A stretch of 64,000 nucleotides of DNA, from the IMG/VR virus record IMGVR_UViG_3300001750_000005; one strand, given 5' to 3'. The notes under the pieces are model-generated. The model worked only from the letters and a program-made list of their open reading frames with translations. It was not told where the DNA came from and ran no database searches. The stretch is from a virus. Shown here piece after piece: positions 9,894 to 16,936 of the stretch (its first letter is position 1; each line of letters begins with the position of its first letter). Position numbers and translations under genes: made by a program.

Positions 9894-10145
9894 TCATTGT
9901 TTTGCCCTGGTTAGTAATTCTTTAGCCTTTTTTTGTGCGCTCATTAAATAACCATTAGATATTAATTCTGATATTTCCACTAACTCAGGAAATAGATTAC
10001 ATGCTTTAACGATGTATTCTGCATAATCTTTAGAGACGCATTTTATTTCACCTGTTAATATTGGCCGACCGCTATGATACAAACAAGGTGACTCTTGTTC
10101 AGGATCGTAATCCCAAACATTCCCATCCCATATCCAATTATTCAT
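9894..10145 (-). CDS. Hypothetical protein (CNLFPELVE motif), first gene after the PL leader
   Basis: AGGAGG RBS before the ATG at 10145. Confidence 0.7.
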   Translation of the reverse strand: MNNWIWDGNVWDYDPEQESPCLYHSGRPILTGEIKCVSKDYAEYIVKACNLFPELVEISELISNGYLMSAQKKAKELLTRAKQ

Positions 10146-10194
10146 ATCTCCTCCTATAGTTAGATGGATGGAGATTATCGCGTGACACCCCCTC

Positions 10195-10223
10195 TCGCCT
10201 TGTCGCCTTGTCGCCTTGTCGCC
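10195..10223. repeat. Tandem 8-mer (TCGCCTTG)x3.6 in the PL leader
   Basis: tcgccttg tcgccttg tcgccttg tcgcc, read directly. Confidence 0.9.
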
Positions 10224-10413
10224 GTTCAGCACTATTAACAATCTAGCCGCTTTTCAGTGCCCCTACTTTACGGCAATCATTAACTTCCGGGTGGCAAGCC
10301 GTTTTCAGCCTCATCGTCAGCACGACAAACTGGATTCCGCAATATTTGGATGCCTCCTACTAATTACTTTCCCCAGCAGAGGATGCCACTCGATAATCAC
10401 CATCCACAGTTCT

Positions 10414-10442
10414 AATGTATACCATCTGGTATTAAATGTCCA
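10414..10442 (-). promoter_or_regulatory. Leftward early promoter PL with palindromic operator
   Basis: Minus strand TGGACA-17 nt-TACATT; the spacer contains the palindrome TACCA-N2-TGGTA. Confidence 0.75.
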
Positions 10443-10450
10443 GCACTATT

Positions 10451-10666
10451 TCAGGATACTTCAATTTCTATCCAGTCTGTGCCATCCCATAATTCTATAT
10501 ACCCATAATTAGAATAGTCAGGCATTAGATATGTATTGTGAAGCATTAAAGTGTAATCAGCTATTGCATCGACGACAGCTTTTGCAGTTTCTAAAGAATC
10601 ATATCTTTTATCAAAATCATTGACCTTCATTTTTTCAAGGGCTGGATTAAATATTACCCTGTACAT
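10451..10666 (-). CDS. P22 gp17-like (superinfection exclusion / exclusion-escape) protein
   Basis: SLETAKAVVDAIADY...N..MPDYSNYGYIELWD matches the SxEE...MDALADY...N.IKPDYCN..GLEMWD pattern I recall for P22 gp17; strong AGGAGG RBS. Confidence 0.5.
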   Translation of the reverse strand: MYRVIFNPALEKMKVNDFDKRYDSLETAKAVVDAIADYTLMLHNTYLMPDYSNYGYIELWDGTDWIEIEVS

Positions 10667-10675
10667 AATTCCTCC

Positions 10676-10704
10676 TTTACATTTAATACCAGATGGTATA
10701 CTAT
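10676..10704 (+). promoter_or_regulatory. Rightward early promoter PR with the same operator
   Basis: TTTACA-17 nt-TACTAT; 10679-10701 is the exact reverse complement of 10417-10439. Confidence 0.75.
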
Positions 10705-10732
10705 ACTCCTTAATGAAGGAAAAGGAAAGTCA

Positions 10733-10936
10733 ATGTTACAAAAAATGATTGAGGATTTAACTGGCTGGTTGACTGAACAAGAAATAGCCGATGCTGTCGG
10801 AGTAAAACAGCCAACAGTCAACAGATGGAAAACCGGAGACAGGAAGACCACCAATCATTTGATTTATCCTAAGGTAGAAGCATTATGGAAAACAGAGAAG
10901 AAGAAATCAGAGAAGCGACGATCAAGGCTATCATAG
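10733..10936 (+). CDS. Cro-like helix-turn-helix regulator
   Basis: LTEQEIADAVGVKQPTVNRWKTG is a canonical XRE/Cro HTH; first gene after PR. Confidence 0.85.
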   Translation: MLQKMIEDLTGWLTEQEIADAVGVKQPTVNRWKTGDRKTTNHLIYPKVEALWKTEKKKSEKRRSRLS

Positions 10937-11021
10937 GCCGTATGGCTATCTGTGAAGGTTACGATGCTCAAACACGTCTTGAAATCATTAAGGAATTACG
11001 GGAATTATTGGAGGAGACGGT

Positions 11022-11312
11022 ATGATAGCAGAAATGCTAGAAACAATTGTAAAAAATGGCGAATATGTAAAAGAACTAGAGCAAAAACTAGAGAAGTGTA
11101 AAGAGGTTTTAGAAAGAAATAAATTAGCCTTAGATGATTGGCTAAACACTTTTGCTTCAGAGTATTGTGATCCTGATCGAGTAGCGCAAGCTAAATCCAG
11201 AATAATGCAATATGGGACGGTTGGTTATATTGCTGAAATTCAGCAAGAAAACCGCGCCCTATTAAAAGAAATAGCAGATAAGCTTGATGAACTTAATGGA
11301 GAGGACAAATGA
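11022..11312 (+). CDS. Hypothetical protein (C-terminal IADKLDELNG motif)
   Basis: GGAGG RBS, 96 aa. Confidence 0.7.
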   Translation: MIAEMLETIVKNGEYVKELEQKLEKCKEVLERNKLALDDWLNTFASEYCDPDRVAQAKSRIMQYGTVGYIAEIQQENRALLKEIADKLDELNGEDK

Positions 11313-11539
11313 AAGAGATAGAGTTTGAAGACATGCTTGGATACGGCTTAGATGGGAAGCCTGTCCATACAAACAACAAAGCTCTGTTTATAGCAACGGC
11401 ACATAACGTTGCTATTGCCATTAATAAAATTAACGAAATAGTTAGTTATCTACAGGAGCAAGAAAAAGAAAAGATAAAAGGAGAGAAAAATGAAGTACGT
11501 AAAAACAGAAACAGAAGAATATATGGATACCGAAGATAA
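11309..11539 (+). CDS. Hypothetical protein
   Basis: Coupled ATGA start. Confidence 0.6.
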   Translation: MKEIEFEDMLGYGLDGKPVHTNNKALFIATAHNVAIAINKINEIVSYLQEQEKEKIKGEKNEVRKNRNRRIYGYRR

Positions 11540-11702
11540 TGATCTTTATGATCAACCAATAATAGTGAGGAATGTTAAAGGGTATAAAGGTTGTGATATA
11601 GAGATAGAGGCCGCGGTCCTGACATGGGACCAATTAGATCTATTAAAAGCTGCAATATCAATAGCAGAAAATAGATGGAGAAAATATGAGAAAAGAATGT
11701 AG
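11490..11702 (+). CDS. Hypothetical protein
   Basis: RBS aaaggagag, 70 aa. Confidence 0.65.
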   Translation: MKYVKTETEEYMDTEDNDLYDQPIIVRNVKGYKGCDIEIEAAVLTWDQLDLLKAAISIAENRWRKYEKRM

Positions 11703-11760
11703 GATGAGTGGAAGAAGCAATTCTCACTAGAAAATACGCATAAACCCTTAGGAGAACAGA

Positions 11761-11988
11761 ATGAGACTAAATGTTAATAATCTAATATATACTTTAAAGA
11801 ATATTAGGCATATTCCAGAATATGCTGAAGAGGTTATTAGATTACCTATCCGTCCAGTGAAGGCTTTACAACCAATACAGGAAGATAATATAAATTATTC
11901 AGCGACATTTAAGACAATAGAAATTGTTGCTGTTCGGTACTGTGTTACACAAAGTGATTGCTGGTTAGAGTGGGAAGTTCAATGCTAA
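11761..11988 (+). CDS. Hypothetical protein
   Basis: RBS aggag, 75 aa. Confidence 0.6.
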   Translation: MRLNVNNLIYTLKNIRHIPEYAEEVIRLPIRPVKALQPIQEDNINYSATFKTIEIVAVRYCVTQSDCWLEWEVQC

Positions 11989-12149
11989 TATATAAAGTAT
12001 GTAAGGTTATAGAGTCTTGTGAGACTTTAGATCAACTCGAAGTAGCAGAGGAATATTTGAAGCGAGTTAAATATTATTTAACTCAGTATGAGCGAGAGGC
12101 AACAAGGCTTGTTTTTGAGATAAAAGAGAACGAACTGGAGGATGAGTAA
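11958..12149 (+). CDS. Hypothetical protein
   Basis: Small ORF in the rightward early operon. Confidence 0.55.
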   Translation: MLVRVGSSMLIYKVCKVIESCETLDQLEVAEEYLKRVKYYLTQYEREATRLVFEIKENELEDE

Positions 12150-12193
12150 ATTATGAACACAATACAAATTACAGATAAATACTGGGTTTTGTA

Positions 12194-12538
12194 ATGCAAT
12201 ACAAACGCAGACATCATCCTACTTCAGGATCAACAAAATGGAGTATTAGAAGAAAATCAGCAGGTGACGGAGGTTTTTTAGATTGCCCATATTGCGAAAA
12301 TGTTTTGCATTATATTAATGGTGAGATAGATCACATAGACCCTTGGGAAAAATCTTTTAATAACAGGAAAAATAACATGGTATTAGTATGTAAAGAATGC
12401 AATACAAAGAAAAATCGTAAAAGTTTATTGCAATGGTTAATAGAAGAAAAGATAGCGCCAGAAAGTGTTTACAATAGGCTTAAAAAGCTCAAGAAAAAGA
12501 TTCCACAAGATATGCTAGATTATCTTGGATATGAATAA
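12194..12538 (+). CDS. HNH endonuclease (Zn-binding CxxC...HNH...CxxC type)
   Basis: CPYC...EIDHIDP...NNRKNNMVLVCKECNTKK. Confidence 0.88.
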   Translation: MQYKRRHHPTSGSTKWSIRRKSAGDGGFLDCPYCENVLHYINGEIDHIDPWEKSFNNRKNNMVLVCKECNTKKNRKSLLQWLIEEKIAPESVYNRLKKLKKKIPQDMLDYLGYE

Positions 12539-12602
12539 AGATGCCTCAGAACGAGCCGCAAATGGCTTAGAATTGAATATTAGTAAAAGCTAACAGGAGA
12601 GA

Positions 12603-12893
12603 GTGATGAGAAATAATTTAAAGAAATTTAGAAATGAAGTCAATATAACATTACAAGAGTTTGCTGATATGTACGGCGGCACTAAAGCAAATTGTTGGAA
12701 TTTAGAAGAAAACAGATCGAACCCAACCTTATTGACCGCCTATGCAATAGCAAAAATTTTAAATAAAACTGTTTATGAAATATGGCCTGATGAAACAGAA
12801 GTAATAGAAGAAACAACTATTGTAAGGCGGATAAAGAAAGGGACCCCGAAAGGTCCCTCAGAGACTAGACCAAAAGGAGGAAATGGTCTATAG
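12603..12893 (+). CDS. XRE-family HTH transcriptional regulator
   Basis: NLKKFRNEVNITLQEFADMYGGTKANCWNLEENRSNPTLLTAYAIAKIL. Confidence 0.85.
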   Translation: MMRNNLKKFRNEVNITLQEFADMYGGTKANCWNLEENRSNPTLLTAYAIAKILNKTVYEIWPDETEVIEETTIVRRIKKGTPKGPSETRPKGGNGL

Positions 12894-13025
12894 TAGGTAT
12901 GCGAACACCTGAATTGATATTAGACCATTCAGTCAACAAATTCAAGTATTCGCCGCTCTTTAACAGGATTTGGCGCGTTAACCAGAATCCTTACACTTAA
13001 AGTCCTTAGTTTAAAGGAGGTTTAT

Positions 13026-13232
13026 ATGGGTTGGCCATGTGATTTATCTGTAGATGACTACTGTAATGATCCAAGGTGTCGCGGTGGACGCGAATGTCAA
13101 GCCTGGTTATGCGCCCCTAATGACTATCAAGGCAACCAAGAGACGGAAACCAAGAACTTGGGAACCCCTCATGACGATACACCCCACGGTCATGGTGGAC
13201 GACGCCAGAGTGTTACTGAGCGTCAAAAGTAG
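13026..13232 (+). CDS. Small Cys-rich hypothetical protein
   Basis: Perfect AAGGAGG RBS; C-x7-C-x4-C-x5-C-x4-C pattern. Confidence 0.55.
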   Translation: MGWPCDLSVDDYCNDPRCRGGRECQAWLCAPNDYQGNQETETKNLGTPHDDTPHGHGGRRQSVTERQK

Positions 13233-13399
13233 CGGGTTTATATAGGTGGAATGCAATGGCAACCATTGAAGAAATTATCAAAAAAGTCAATAACGGGGAG
13301 ATTGTGAAATTCTCTCGTAAGTATTGGCCTAATTTTCAAGATTACTTAAATTTCATGGTATTAATTTTAAATGCAAGATGGTAATTGATGATGATAATA

Positions 13400-13640
13400 T
13401 TCTTCTTGGCCCGGAGCAGATACAAGGCCCAAAGCAAATACGTTAACAGGGGTAAAAATAAACCCAAGCTCTCCGTAGCCGGAACTTGGTCCCGTGATGC
13501 TCGAGAGAGTTGGTAACGCCTTAAAGGATTAAGGTTCTCGAAAGAGAGGGGGAAGATGAGTACCATGTCGAAAGACATTGCCAGACAGGCGGCGGGATCT
13601 GAGGTGGATCACGGGGGAAAAGTTACAGTTATGTCTGGAG
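13400..13640 (+). ncRNA. Candidate structured RNA / cis-regulatory leader upstream of the GIY-YIG gene
   Basis: GC-rich intergenic-type segment with multiple stems: agctctc/gagagtt, ccttaa/ttaagg, tctc-GAAA-gaga, tgtc-GAAA-gaca, gatc/gatc, and ccagaca/tgtctgg next to the RBS. Confidence 0.45.
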
Positions 13641-13645
13641 GAAAT

Positions 13646-13969
13646 ATGTACATATATGTTCTAAGGAAAAAGGCTAATTCAAATGCTCCGATCAAGATTG
13701 GCAAGGCAAAAGATCCAGTAAAGAGATTAAAGGGTCTACAAACCGGAAATCCAGAAAAACTAAGGATTATCCATTTAGTGAAATGTCGTAGCGAAATGCA
13801 CTCTCGGTCTATTGAGCAGGAACTTCATAGCAGGCTGAAGAAATATAAAATGACTGGAGAATGGTACAAGTCTGGCGCCTTGGGTAAGTTTAGAGAAATA
13901 TTGGATTCGATGAATTATTTTGATCGAAAAAGGTATGAGCCAGCAACGAAAGGTTGTTGGACTTTATGA
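13646..13969 (+). CDS. GIY-YIG superfamily nuclease (T5orf172/Mug113-like); start re-called at 13646
   Basis: YIYVL...IKIGKAKDPVKRLKGLQTGNP...EQELHSRLKKYKMTGEWY; GGAGG RBS. Confidence 0.85.
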   Translation: MYIYVLRKKANSNAPIKIGKAKDPVKRLKGLQTGNPEKLRIIHLVKCRSEMHSRSIEQELHSRLKKYKMTGEWYKSGALGKFREILDSMNYFDRKRYEPATKGCWTL

Positions 13970-14006
13970 CCCTTGGGTAGATATGTCTTAAACAAAGGAG
14001 AATATA

Positions 14007-14201
14007 ATGGAAGTAGTGTTAGTCACTAAAGGTATTAATGACATAGTAGGTTTTGCGACTGTAAAGGTATTTAATAATACGATGGCAGCGCTAGACTTTA
14101 TCGACGAGGTGAACACAGGTAAAAAAAGAGAATGGACTGAAGCCATAATGATTGCTCTTGATGAAGAAGTAGAGCTTCTACAGCCAAGCTACTTTATTTA
14201 A
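14007..14201 (+). CDS. Hypothetical protein
   Basis: RBS aaggag, 64 aa. Confidence 0.65.
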   Translation: MEVVLVTKGINDIVGFATVKVFNNTMAALDFIDEVNTGKKREWTEAIMIALDEEVELLQPSYFI

Positions 14202-14549
14202 AAAATAGGGGAAGATAATGAGTAATTATAACAAAAAGAGGATAACAATATGCATAAACCAAAACAATTAGATAAAGGAATTGTTGAAATGTGGTGGAAC
14301 TCTGTTAAAGATAATCAATATTGGAGTGGCTCAATAGTTAATCTCACTTGGAATCAATTGTGGGATGAAGCAAAAGAGGAACTTTATCAAATAGCCAATA
14401 AACTGGAGGAGTTAAACCATGCCACCAAAAACAACTAAAGCGCGGATAATGGAAAAATACATTAAAAATTGCTTAACTTGTTCCTATTGGATTGGCGATA
14501 AAGATAAAACTTTATTTAAAAAATAGGAGAAGATAATGAGTAATTATAA
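14191..14549 (+). repeat. 41-bp direct repeat pair (14191-14231 and 14509-14549)
   Basis: actttatttaaaaaatagg(g/a)gaagataatgagtaattataa, one mismatch; each copy contains an RBS and an ATG (MSNYN). Confidence 0.92.
14250..14438 (+). CDS. Hypothetical protein (MHKPK start, IANKLEELN end)
   Basis: RBS agagga; lies between the 41-bp repeats. Confidence 0.65.
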   Translation: MHKPKQLDKGIVEMWWNSVKDNQYWSGSIVNLTWNQLWDEAKEELYQIANKLEELNHATKNN

Positions 14550-14669
14550 TGTGCATAAAGAAACATTTTTTCAGTCTGCCGATGATGGGGTGCCTTCAAC
14601 ATGTTATTGTCTAAAATAGGATAGAGGAAATCGATAAGCAATACTTAATAAAATGTGGGAATTATTTAA

Positions 14670-15371
14670 GTGCTAAATGAATTAAGTCTATTTTCGGGAG
14701 CTGGCGGAGGGTTGCTTGGCACCAGCCTTTTAGGGTTTACTCATGTCGGCTATGTTGAAAAAGAAGAGTATAATCAAAAAATTATAGCGCAAAGAATAAA
14801 AGAAGGGTATTTAAATGCTGCACCAATCTACAACGATATCGAAACATTCAATGATCGGGGATACGCCGACGAGTATAAGGGCATGGCTGAACTGGTTACA
14901 ATTGGATTCCCCTGTCAGCCACATTCAACAGCGTCAAGAGGAAAGAGTCCAAAAGATACTATGTGGACTCATGCCGCCGAAACCGTTAAACGAGTACAGC
15001 CTACATTCGTGCTATGTGAGAACGTATCAAAACGGGCAATTGAAATGGCAGAGAGAGACCTACACGCAATGGGTTATTTTACCAGAAAGACTAAAATCTC
15101 CGCGAAAGACTTGGGTGCAGACCATAACAGAATCAGATATTGGTTACTTGCATACACCGACCACGAAAGCGAATTATTGTGCGGACAGCATGCAGAAATG
15201 GAAAAGCTGCCTCTTATACAAACGAGTGTTTGGGAGACCTTCCCCGATTATTCAGGAATGGTTGATGGGGATGCCAATAGGGTGGACAGATTTAAAGCCG
15301 CTGGAAACGCACAAATACCAGCAATGGTTGTCGCAGCATGGTATACGCTAACAATACCCCAGCTTGGTTAG
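14670..15371 (+). CDS. C5-cytosine DNA methyltransferase, alpha-type polypeptide
   Basis: Motif I LSLFSGAGG, IV GFPCQ, VI ENV, VIII HNRIRYW, X GNAQIP; no motif IX in this frame. Confidence 0.9.
   Translation: MLNELSLFSGAGGGLLGTSLLGFTHVGYVEKEEYNQKIIAQRIKEGYLNAAPIYNDIETFNDRGYADEYKGMAELVTIGFPCQPHSTASRGKSPKDTMWTHAAETVKRVQPTFVLCENVSKRAIEMAERDLHAMGYFTRKTKISAKDLGADHNRIRYWLLAYTDHESELLCGQHAEMEKLPLIQTSVWETFPDYSGMVDGDANRVDRFKAAGNAQIPAMVVAAWYTLTIPQLG
14815..15351 (+). CDS. Overlapping alternative-frame ORF carrying a methyltransferase motif IX-like segment (beta-type polypeptide)
   Basis: Fully nested 178-codon open frame ending PSPIIQEWLMGMPIGWTDLKPLE (compare motif IX ExxRLQGFP); true start uncertain. 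Confidence 0.6.
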   Translation: MLHQSTTISKHSMIGDTPTSIRAWLNWLQLDSPVSHIQQRQEERVQKILCGLMPPKPLNEYSLHSCYVRTYQNGQLKWQRETYTQWVILPERLKSPRKTWVQTITESDIGYLHTPTTKANYCADSMQKWKSCLLYKRVFGRPSPIIQEWLMGMPIGWTDLKPLETHKYQQWLSQHGIR

Positions 15372-15399
15372 ATATACATTAAACAAAAGAGAGGTTATT

Positions 15400-15609
15400 A
15401 TGAAAATATCAATACCTACTAGAAAGCTTAAAGATATAGGGGAACTTGATACCATGAAATTATTACCAACGGTCGGAAGAATAAGAGCAGGAATGAAGAC
15501 TATCTGTGATAGATGTAGAAAGCCTATTGAAGACGAGTTTTTTATTGCTGGCTTCAAGAAAGGTTTTCCGAACATGAAATTTCACGAAACCTGTATCAAT
15601 AAAGATTAA
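15400..15609 (+). CDS. Small putative Zn-binding protein
   Basis: CDRC...HETC; RBS agagg. Confidence 0.6.
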   Translation: MKISIPTRKLKDIGELDTMKLLPTVGRIRAGMKTICDRCRKPIEDEFFIAGFKKGFPNMKFHETCINKD

Positions 15610-15638
15610 CAATCTATTATCTAAAACAGGAGGGAATA

Positions 15639-15815
15639 ATGCACAAACCAAGACGATTAGAATTAGCTGAAATACTTGACCATAATGGTTGGTTTGACGA
15701 TGAGGTATTACTTGATCATTACAACAATCTAATAGAGGTAGTTAATAATCTTGTTGAATCACATAACAATGATATAAGAAATTCAGGCGCGGTAATATTA
15801 TTCGAGGAGGAGTGA
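15639..15815 (+). CDS. Hypothetical protein (MHKPR start), not in the ORF track
   Basis: Translated by hand: 58 aa MHKPRRLELAEILDH...FEEE; RBS aggaggg. Confidence 0.6.
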   Translation: MHKPRRLELAEILDHNGWFDDEVLLDHYNNLIEVVNNLVESHNNDIRNSGAVILFEEE

Positions 15816-16033
15816 TGTTAGAATTTAAAGAGGCAGCAAACAATAAGTGTATGCTAAGGGTTGTCCAATTAGGACAAGAATGCGCGATCGGGATGATTGA
15901 TATAAATGACTATGGACATGGGATAAGATTTTATCCGCTTGAGGGTTCATATTCTTCTGGCGATTTAAAGCAAATAGCCGATAAACTAGATTCTTTGAAT
16001 GGTCATACAGATGGATTAAACTTTGGAGAATGA
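15812..16033 (+). CDS. Hypothetical protein (IADKLDSLNG end)
   Basis: GAGGAGG RBS. Confidence 0.6.
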   Translation: MMLEFKEAANNKCMLRVVQLGQECAIGMIDINDYGHGIRFYPLEGSYSSGDLKQIADKLDSLNGHTDGLNFGE

Positions 16034-16334
16034 AATGTTAGAAGTCTTGAATTTTGAGAAAAAACAAAGCAAAAAAGAACAGGCGACAGAAATAATACAA
16101 TTCCTTAACCTTAAAACGGGCAGACGATATAGGCCGACGCAGGTGAATTTAAATTTTATTTATGCTAGACTAAAAGAAGGATATACGATAGAAGAAATAA
16201 GAGCTGTTATAGCAATGAAAGTACGTGAATGGCAATACGACGATTTAATGAGTAAATATTTAAGACCAGCAACGTTATTTAATAACGTAAACTTTAATCA
16301 ATATGCAGGAGAATTAGGTGAAGACGTGTCCTGA
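16023..16334 (+). CDS. Replication-initiator-type conserved phage C-terminal domain protein (stand-alone)
   Basis: IIQFLNLKTGRRY...IYARLKEGYTIEEIRAVIAMKVREW...MSKYLRPATLF...FNQY is the signature of this C-terminal domain. Confidence 0.8.
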   Translation: MENEMLEVLNFEKKQSKKEQATEIIQFLNLKTGRRYRPTQVNLNFIYARLKEGYTIEEIRAVIAMKVREWQYDDLMSKYLRPATLFNNVNFNQYAGELGEDVS

Positions 16335-16545
16335 TTGTGGTAAACGATTAAAAGAACTACAGACTACTTGTATCTGTGGTTGGACGGAAGTTGTTAAGGA
16401 AACAAAAAAGTTATGTTTGTGCGGAGATATAATATTTAAGGAAGGTAAATGTTTTTCATGTTACTATCCTTCAACAAGCAAAGAGACAAAACAAAGATTA
16501 CATTTTAAACTGCTGGAGCTTAAAGAAAAATACGGATTAAAATAA
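16318..16545 (+). CDS. Small multi-CxxC Zn-ribbon protein
   Basis: CPDC...CICG...CLCG...CFSC. Confidence 0.65.
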   Translation: MKTCPDCGKRLKELQTTCICGWTEVVKETKKLCLCGDIIFKEGKCFSCYYPSTSKETKQRLHFKLLELKEKYGLK

Positions 16546-16622
16546 CCTTTCCAGTAAATAAAAATATTCTATTAGACAGACAATAGAACAAGCGGATATT
16601 ATAATAAATATTCTAGGTTTTA

Positions 16623-16805
16623 ATGATGAACAGCCACGTACAAGAATACAAAAGAAAGATTTGGCGTAACCTTGGAAACATGAAGGAAATAGTAAGCGCT
16701 TCAAATGACAAATGGACAACGGCAAAGTTTCTTTGGAGGCTTAAGACGGAAATGGGAGTAACATTTGAAAAAAACAGAAGATCGCAGGCACTGCATAGAG
16801 TGTAA
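16623..16805 (+). CDS. Hypothetical basic protein
   Basis: 60 aa ORF on the operon strand. Confidence 0.5.
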   Translation: MMNSHVQEYKRKIWRNLGNMKEIVSASNDKWTTAKFLWRLKTEMGVTFEKNRRSQALHRV

Positions 16806-16936
16806 TGGGTATATTCGTAATGAATATTTCTATGATGCATGGGTAAAAACTTTAGGAGGGTATATGTCAGGCAGAAGCCGGATCTGTGTAAAGTGCGAAA
16901 AAGAGAACTGGAATTGGGTATGGAGAATATTGTCTA

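Noticed and set aside
10303-10320. Hammerhead-like core on the minus strand (CTGACGA...GAAA)
   Set aside because: Only 7 nt separate the core motifs, there is no G-C closing pair for stem II, and I could not form stems I/III with a cleavage triplet.
13054-13245. 63-aa ORF overlapping 13026-13232
   Set aside because: Lacks its own RBS, whereas 13026 has a perfect AAGGAGG; I cannot fully exclude dual coding.
13385-13969. Group I intron with a GIY-YIG homing endonuclease
   Set aside because: No interrupted host gene and no recognisable P7 guanosine-binding core or 3' intron portion after the ORF.
10195-14549. CRISPR array or anti-CRISPR mini-array from the 8-mer and 41-bp repeats
   Set aside because: No regular repeat-spacer periodicity; the 41-bp copies are 318 bp apart and contain RBS/ATG.
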